The position numbers and the translations under genes are program-made. From NCBI GenBank assembly GCA_023213215.1, contig CP096136.1:3322724-3386723 (forward strand): a DNA stretch of 64,000 nucleotides, written 5' to 3'. The DNA is from Flavobacterium sp. JAD_PAG50586_2. Its GTDB lineage: Bacteria; Bacteroidota; Bacteroidia; Flavobacteriales; Flavobacteriaceae. The notes beneath the pieces were generated by a model, which saw only the letters and a list, made by a program, of their open reading frames with translations, was not told where the DNA came from and made no database searches. This document shows, one piece after another, positions 58,709-64,000 of this stretch (positions are counted from its first letter, which is position 1; each line of letters begins with the position of its first letter).

Positions 58709-59155
58709 ATGAAAGCGGAAGACATTGACAAAAGCCTACAAACAGTAACCGAAAACGGACAGCATTTAAGTCCGATTTTACCAGAAGGCGTAAAAAACTA
58801 TTTAATTGATATCGACGGAACAGTGTGCGACGATATCCCAAACGAAGAACCGGAACGAATGCTTACGGCTGAACTTTATCCAGATGCTTTGACAACATTG
58901 AATAAATGGTATGACGAAGGACATATCATATTCTTCTTTACGTCAAGAACCGAAGCACACCGTGAGTATACCGAAATCTGGTTAAAAAAACATGGATTCA
59001 AATACCACGGAATTGTTTTCGGAAAACCTCGTGGAGGAAACTATCACTGGATTGACAATCACTTGGTAAAGGCAACGCGTTACAGAGGAAAGTTTACTGA
59101 TTTAATCGAAAAAGAAGTAACCATCGAAGTATTCGACGATGGACAACATGAATAA
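58709..59155 (+). CDS. HAD-superfamily small protein (LNS2-like)
   Basis: LIDIDGT (DxD), FFTSR, FGKPRGG..HWIDN. Confidence 0.8.
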   Translation: MKAEDIDKSLQTVTENGQHLSPILPEGVKNYLIDIDGTVCDDIPNEEPERMLTAELYPDALTTLNKWYDEGHIIFFFTSRTEAHREYTEIWLKKHGFKYHGIVFGKPRGGNYHWIDNHLVKATRYRGKFTDLIEKEVTIEVFDDGQHE

Positions 59156-59159
59156 TAGA

Positions 59160-59194
59160 ACTTTGCAACTTTGCCATTTTGCGACTTTGCAACT
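59160..59194. repeat. 8-bp tandem repeat x4
   Basis: actttgca actttgcc attttgcg actttgca act. Confidence 0.8.
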
Positions 59195-59205
59195 AAAATA
59201 AAAAT

Positions 59206-59997
59206 ATGTCAGAAGTGTTAAATGTGCCTACAATGGCAGAAATGATGGCTCAAGGCAAACAACCCGAAGTTTTATTCTGGGTGGGATGTGCCGGGAGTTT
59301 TGACGATAGGGCAAAAAAAATAACCAAAGCGTTTGTGCGTATTCTAAATCGTGCCAATGTGGATTTCGCTGTTTTAGGTACGGAAGAAAGCTGTACCGGA
59401 GATCCTGCGAAACGCGCGGGTAACGAATTTTTGTTCCAGATGCAGGCAATGATGAACATTGAAGTGCTGAATGCCTACGAAGCCAAAAAAATCGTAACGG
59501 CCTGTCCGCATTGTTTTAACACACTCAAAAATGAATATCCTGAATTAGGCGGAAAGTATGAAGTAATCCATCACACTGAATTCCTGAAATCATTATTGGA
59601 TAGCGGAAGACTGACCATTGAAGGAGGACAGTTCAAAGGAAAACGAATTACTTTCCATGATCCCTGTTATCTTGGAAGGGCGAATAATGTTTATGAAGCA
59701 CCAAGGGAATTAATTGCAAAGCTCGATGCTGAACTGGTTGAAATGAAACGTTCAAAAGCAAACGGTTTATGCTGTGGTGCCGGTGGAGCGCAAATGTTCA
59801 AAGATGCAGAACCAGGGAATAAAGAAATCAACATTGAAAGAACAGAAGACGCATTGGAAACCCAACCGGAAATTATTGCGGCAGGATGCCCTTTCTGTAA
59901 CACGATGATGACGGATGGTGTAAAAGCCAAAGAAAAAGAAGGCGAAATCAAAGTGATGGATGTAGCTGAGCTAATTGCTAATGCCCAGGATTTATAA
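59206..59997 (+). CDS. CCG-domain (Fe-S)-binding oxidoreductase subunit
   Basis: WVGCAG, CTGDP, ACPHC, FHDPCYLGR, CCGAGG, GCPFC. Confidence 0.92.
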   Translation: MSEVLNVPTMAEMMAQGKQPEVLFWVGCAGSFDDRAKKITKAFVRILNRANVDFAVLGTEESCTGDPAKRAGNEFLFQMQAMMNIEVLNAYEAKKIVTACPHCFNTLKNEYPELGGKYEVIHHTEFLKSLLDSGRLTIEGGQFKGKRITFHDPCYLGRANNVYEAPRELIAKLDAELVEMKRSKANGLCCGAGGAQMFKDAEPGNKEINIERTEDALETQPEIIAAGCPFCNTMMTDGVKAKEKEGEIKVMDVAELIANAQDL

Positions 59998-60005
59998 GCA
60001 TCTTA

Positions 60006-60758
60006 ATGAATAAATTTATTTTTTGTTTTCTCTTTTTGACGATACAATCCTATGGACAACAATCGAGTGCAGACATTGATTCAATTGCTGTTGAAAGAAA
60101 GTTAGAGTTTAAATACAAACAGTTAATTATTCCCGCTGTTTTTATTGGTTACGGGATCATAGGTCTCGAAAGTGGTCAGATAAAAGGATTCAATTCCGGA
60201 CTGAGTGCAGAAGTAACCGAAAATATTGACGAAAAAACATCCATCGATGACTTTTCACAATACGCTCCGATAGCCGGACTTTATGGATTGTCAGCTGTGG
60301 GAGTAAAAGGGAAAAATAATATAAAGGACAAAACCATTATTTTGGCAACGTCCTATCTTTTAATGGGCTTGACTGTAAATGCTTTCAAAAAAACAGCTTC
60401 AGTGGAACGTCCAGACGGAAGAGGCTTGAATTCGTTTCCTTCCGGACATACCGCAACAGCATTTATGGGAGCAGAGCTAATGTATCAGGAATATAAGGAT
60501 GCATCTGTTTGGTACGGTATCTCGGGTTATGCAGTAGCAGCAGGAACAGGAGCTTTTAGAATGTATAATAACAGGCACTGGCTTTCCGATGTTGTAGCCG
60601 GAGCCGGAATAGGAATATTGAGTGCCAAGGCAGGATATTGGTTGTATCCGTACACCAGCAAATTGTTCGCAAAAAAGAAATCAACAAATACTAAAACGGC
60701 CATGATTCCGTTCTATGATGGTAAGGCCTCAGGTTTTGCTTTTGTAAAAATATTTTAA
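60006..60758 (+). CDS. PAP2 family phosphatase
   Basis: K....RP, SFPSGHT, FRMYNNRHWLSDV. Confidence 0.9.
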   Translation: MNKFIFCFLFLTIQSYGQQSSADIDSIAVERKLEFKYKQLIIPAVFIGYGIIGLESGQIKGFNSGLSAEVTENIDEKTSIDDFSQYAPIAGLYGLSAVGVKGKNNIKDKTIILATSYLLMGLTVNAFKKTASVERPDGRGLNSFPSGHTATAFMGAELMYQEYKDASVWYGISGYAVAAGTGAFRMYNNRHWLSDVVAGAGIGILSAKAGYWLYPYTSKLFAKKKSTNTKTAMIPFYDGKASGFAFVKIF

Positions 60759-60763
60759 TTATT

Positions 60764-61246
60764 ATGTATATCCCTTTTGAAAATTTACCCGAAGAATCTA
60801 AAATCTGGATTTACCAATCCAACAGAAAATTTTCAGATGAAGAGATGGCTGAAATCGAAAATGATTTAAAGACATTTATCGAAAATTGGGCCGCACACGG
60901 AACCGGATTGGAAGCTTCGTATCTTTTGAAGTACAACCGATTTATAGTTCTTGCTGTTAATCAGGAAGTGCAGCAGGCGACAGGCTGTTCTATCGATTCC
61001 TCGGTGGCTTTTATCCAAAACCTGGAGCAAAAATACCAGGTTGATTTATTGGATAAAATGAATGTGACTTTCAAAAACGGAGAACACATTGCCCACAAAT
61101 CGTTAATCGACTTCAAGCGCATGGCTAAAGAAAAAGCGGTTACCGAAAATACTATTGTCTTCAATAATTTAGTGAATACCATCGAAGAATTTAACGAAAA
61201 CTGGGAAGTTCCGGCAGCAGAAAGCTGGCATAGTCGTTTCTTTTAA
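60764..61246 (+). CDS. Conserved Bacteroidota hypothetical protein
   Basis: Intact ORF; WIYQS, WAAHG, ATGCSIDSS, SWHSRFF. Confidence 0.8.
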   Translation: MYIPFENLPEESKIWIYQSNRKFSDEEMAEIENDLKTFIENWAAHGTGLEASYLLKYNRFIVLAVNQEVQQATGCSIDSSVAFIQNLEQKYQVDLLDKMNVTFKNGEHIAHKSLIDFKRMAKEKAVTENTIVFNNLVNTIEEFNENWEVPAAESWHSRFF

Positions 61247-61258
61247 TTGCTGAATTGT

Positions 61259-64000
61259 ATGAAAAGGTATTTTTTCAGAATTGGATTATTTGCAGCATTG
61301 CCGTTTTTGGTTACGAATTGTTCGTCGACTAAAACAGGTAAAACTCTTCCTGTGGCTGTAACCAAAACTGAAATCCCAGTTGACAAAAATGAAATTCCGC
61401 TTAACGAGGAAGTTTATATCCAACGCAATAAATCCGACCGAAAAAACTTTTTCCCGACACTGAAGCAGAAACGCGATGGGTTGACAGCATTTATAATAAA
61501 CTGACTTTTGATGAAAAAGTCGGGCAGTTATTTATGGTTGCCGCTTACTCTAACAAAGATGCCGCACATTTTGCTGAAGTAGACAAATTGGTTTCCGAAA
61601 ATAAAGTCGGCGGATTGATTTTCTTTCAAGGTGGACCAATGCGTCAGGCGAGATTAACCAACAGGTTTCAATCACTAGCCAAAGTTCCTTTATTTATTGG
61701 GATTGATGCAGAATGGGGGCTAAGCATGCGGATTGACTCTACTTTCCGTTACCCTTTCAACATGACCTTGGGTGCCATTAAGGATTTGAAATTAGTTGAG
61801 GAAGTTGGAACCAGCATGGCTAAGGAAAGTAAACGAATGGGAATCCATTTCAATTTTGCTCCGGTTTTAGATATCAATACCAACCCAAAAAATCCAATTA
61901 TTGGCTATCGTTCTTTTGGTGAAAACAAAATTAACGTAACCGAACATGCCCTTGCACTGATGAACGGTGCTCAAAGCCAGGGTATATTTTCTACCGGAAA
62001 ACACTTTCCCGGACACGGTGACACATCAACCGATTCGCACAGTACTTTACCCATTGTAAACGCTTCATTGGAACATTTGGAAAAGATAGAATTGTATCCT
62101 TATAAAAGATTGTTTGACGAAGGATTGGTATCTGTGATGGTAGCGCATTTAAATGTGCCGAGTCTCGAACCACGGGAAGGATATCCAACTTCCATTTCCT
62201 ATAATGTAGTCAATAATTTACTTCGAAATGAATTAGGTTTCGAAGGACTTGTTTTTACAGATGCGTTAAATATGAAAGGAGCTGCCAATTTCAGGAAGCC
62301 GGGAGATATCGATCTGGAAGCTTTCCTTGCCGGAAATGATATTTTGCTTTTCGCCGAAAATGTACCACTCGCAGTGGAGAAAATTTGTGTAGCCTATCAG
62401 GACAGCCTGATTTCGGATGCTCGATTAGCCCAATCTGTCAAAAAGATTTTACGCTACAAATTCAAGGCCGGATTGAATAAATACAAGCCTGTAGAGCCAA
62501 TCAATCTCTATAAAGACCTGAACCCGAAATCTAACGAAACCTTACAATATCAACTGTATGAAAATGCAGTGACAGTCGTAAAAAATGATGGGAATATATT
62601 GCCAATCAAAAACCTGAATCAAAAAATAGCTTACGTTAAATTGGGCGACGACACAAACAGTTCTTTTGTCAATACCTTAAAGAAATATACCGAAGTAACT
62701 GAAGTTTCGGAAACCAATATTGATACACTGCTTTCGAAACTGACCGATTATGAAACCGTAATCATAGGCTATCACAAATCGGACAAATCCTGGTGGAAAT
62801 CTCCGGAACTTACCGTACCCGAATTGCAAATCATTGATTCTATCTCAAAAACGAAGAAAGTAATCATAGATTGTTTTGCAAAGCCTTATTCCTTGTCAAA
62901 AATCTTGAATTTTAATGAATTGGAAGGTGTAATTGTCTCTTATCAAAATGGAGATATCGCACAGGAAGTTTCTGCCGAAATTATTTTTGGAGCGGTTGAT
63001 GCCAAAGGATTACTTCCCGTTTCTATTAATGGCAATTACAAAGCTGGTGACGGAATCACAACTCAAAAAATCAATCGCCTTGGTTTTGCAAGTCCGGAAA
63101 GTGTTGGAATGAGTTCCGAAAAGCTAAAGCAGATTGAAACCTTAGCCCAAAAAGCCATCGATGGTAAAATGGCGCCGGGAATGCAGGTGCTCGTGGCCCG
63201 AAAAGGGAAAGTCATCTATCAGAAATCATTCGGCAAACAAACCTATGAAGGGAATGTAAAAGTTAAGAATTCGGATTTATATGATGTAGCCTCATTGACA
63301 AAAATCGTGTCAACTTTGCCCAATGTAATGCAGGTTTATGACCAGAAGAAAGTTACTTTGGAAACGACATTAGGCGAAATGCTGCCCATATTTAAAGGCT
63401 CGAACAAGCAACAAATGACTTTTAAGGAACTGCTTTCCCATTACGGAAGAATGCAGGCCTGGATTCCATTTTACAAGGCTACAGTGGATTCAGCGAAAAT
63501 TCCTTTGGATAAATATTATAAAAAAGTCTACACAGAAGGTTTTACCAAAAGGGTTTCCGATAGTCTGTTCCTGCGAGATGATTATCATGATACGATTATG
63601 AAGCAGATTATCAAAAGTCCATTGATTGATAAAAAGAATACCGTTACAGCGATTTTACCTTTATAATCCTGAAACAATATTTAGAGAAAGTGATGGGAAA
63701 ACCGCTTGATGAATTGTCGGTTACCAATTTCTATAAAACAATTGGAATGAACAATACGTTATACAATCCGTTGAATAGATTTGATAAAAGCGTTATCGCT
63801 CCAACTGAAATCGATACCTATTTCCGCCATGAACTTATCCAGGGATACGTGCATGATATGGAAGCCGCTATGGAAAATGGAGTAGGAGGCCACGCCGGGA
63901 TTTTCTCCAATGCCATGGATATTGCCAAAATGATGCAGATGTACCTGCAAAAAGGAAACTATGGAGGCATTCAATATTTTTCGGAAGACACCTTCAATAC
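61259..64000 (+). CDS. GH3 beta-N-acetylglucosaminidase fused to a serine hydrolase (beta-lactamase-like) domain; frameshifts at ~61450 and ~63630; runs off the window
   Basis: Lipobox VTNC; IDAEWG, APVLD, RSFG, GKHFPGHGDT..DSH, FTDALNM; C-domain YDVASLTK and, after correction, YSD, GYVHD, GHAGIF. Confidence 0.9.

Noticed and set aside
58709-59155. HAD gene as a recent insertion splitting an Fe-S oxidoreductase
   Set aside because: Both flanking genes have their own starts and stops, there are no junction repeats and composition matches the backbone; this looks like a native gene order.
60764-61246. ABC transporter ATPase (label often attached to this family)
   Set aside because: No Walker A/B or signature motif in the 160-aa sequence.

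Overview
This is a Bacteroidota chromosomal window, most likely Flavobacterium, judging by T9SS C-terminal sorting domains, TAnnTTTG promoters and a GLPGLI protein. Housekeeping blocks lie at both ends: ilvE, mnmD, oxyR, SulP plus two beta-carbonic anhydrases, sodC, mgsA and a LytTR two-component system with a TonB receptor and DUF4249 on the left; ridA, lptD, two amidases, mlaD, an Fe-S oxidoreductase pair and a GH3/serine-hydrolase fusion on the right. Between them are two accessory regions. (1) About 23.9-35.1 kb is visibly AT-rich and minus-strand, with cassette-like organisation: two attC-like hairpins around one gene, a small secreted peptide-GLPGLI-outer-membrane barrel module, and a Gabija-type OLD nuclease plus UvrD helicase pair lying between two ~110-bp direct repeats. 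No integrase is present in the window. (2) About 41.4-48.2 kb is a redox/electrophile-stress island led by a Crp/Fnr regulator, with three CRP-like boxes at identical spacing to their promoters. Each accessory region has a diverged copy of the 3' end of a gene on its far side (pirin, and a small Cys-rich protein). About 20 genes are broken by single-base indels, almost all in homopolymer runs and including the essential lptD. I read these as sequencing errors and give reconstructed gene extents. I saw no tRNA, rRNA, CRISPR array, transposase or integrase. No database searches were run; family names come from motif recognition only.
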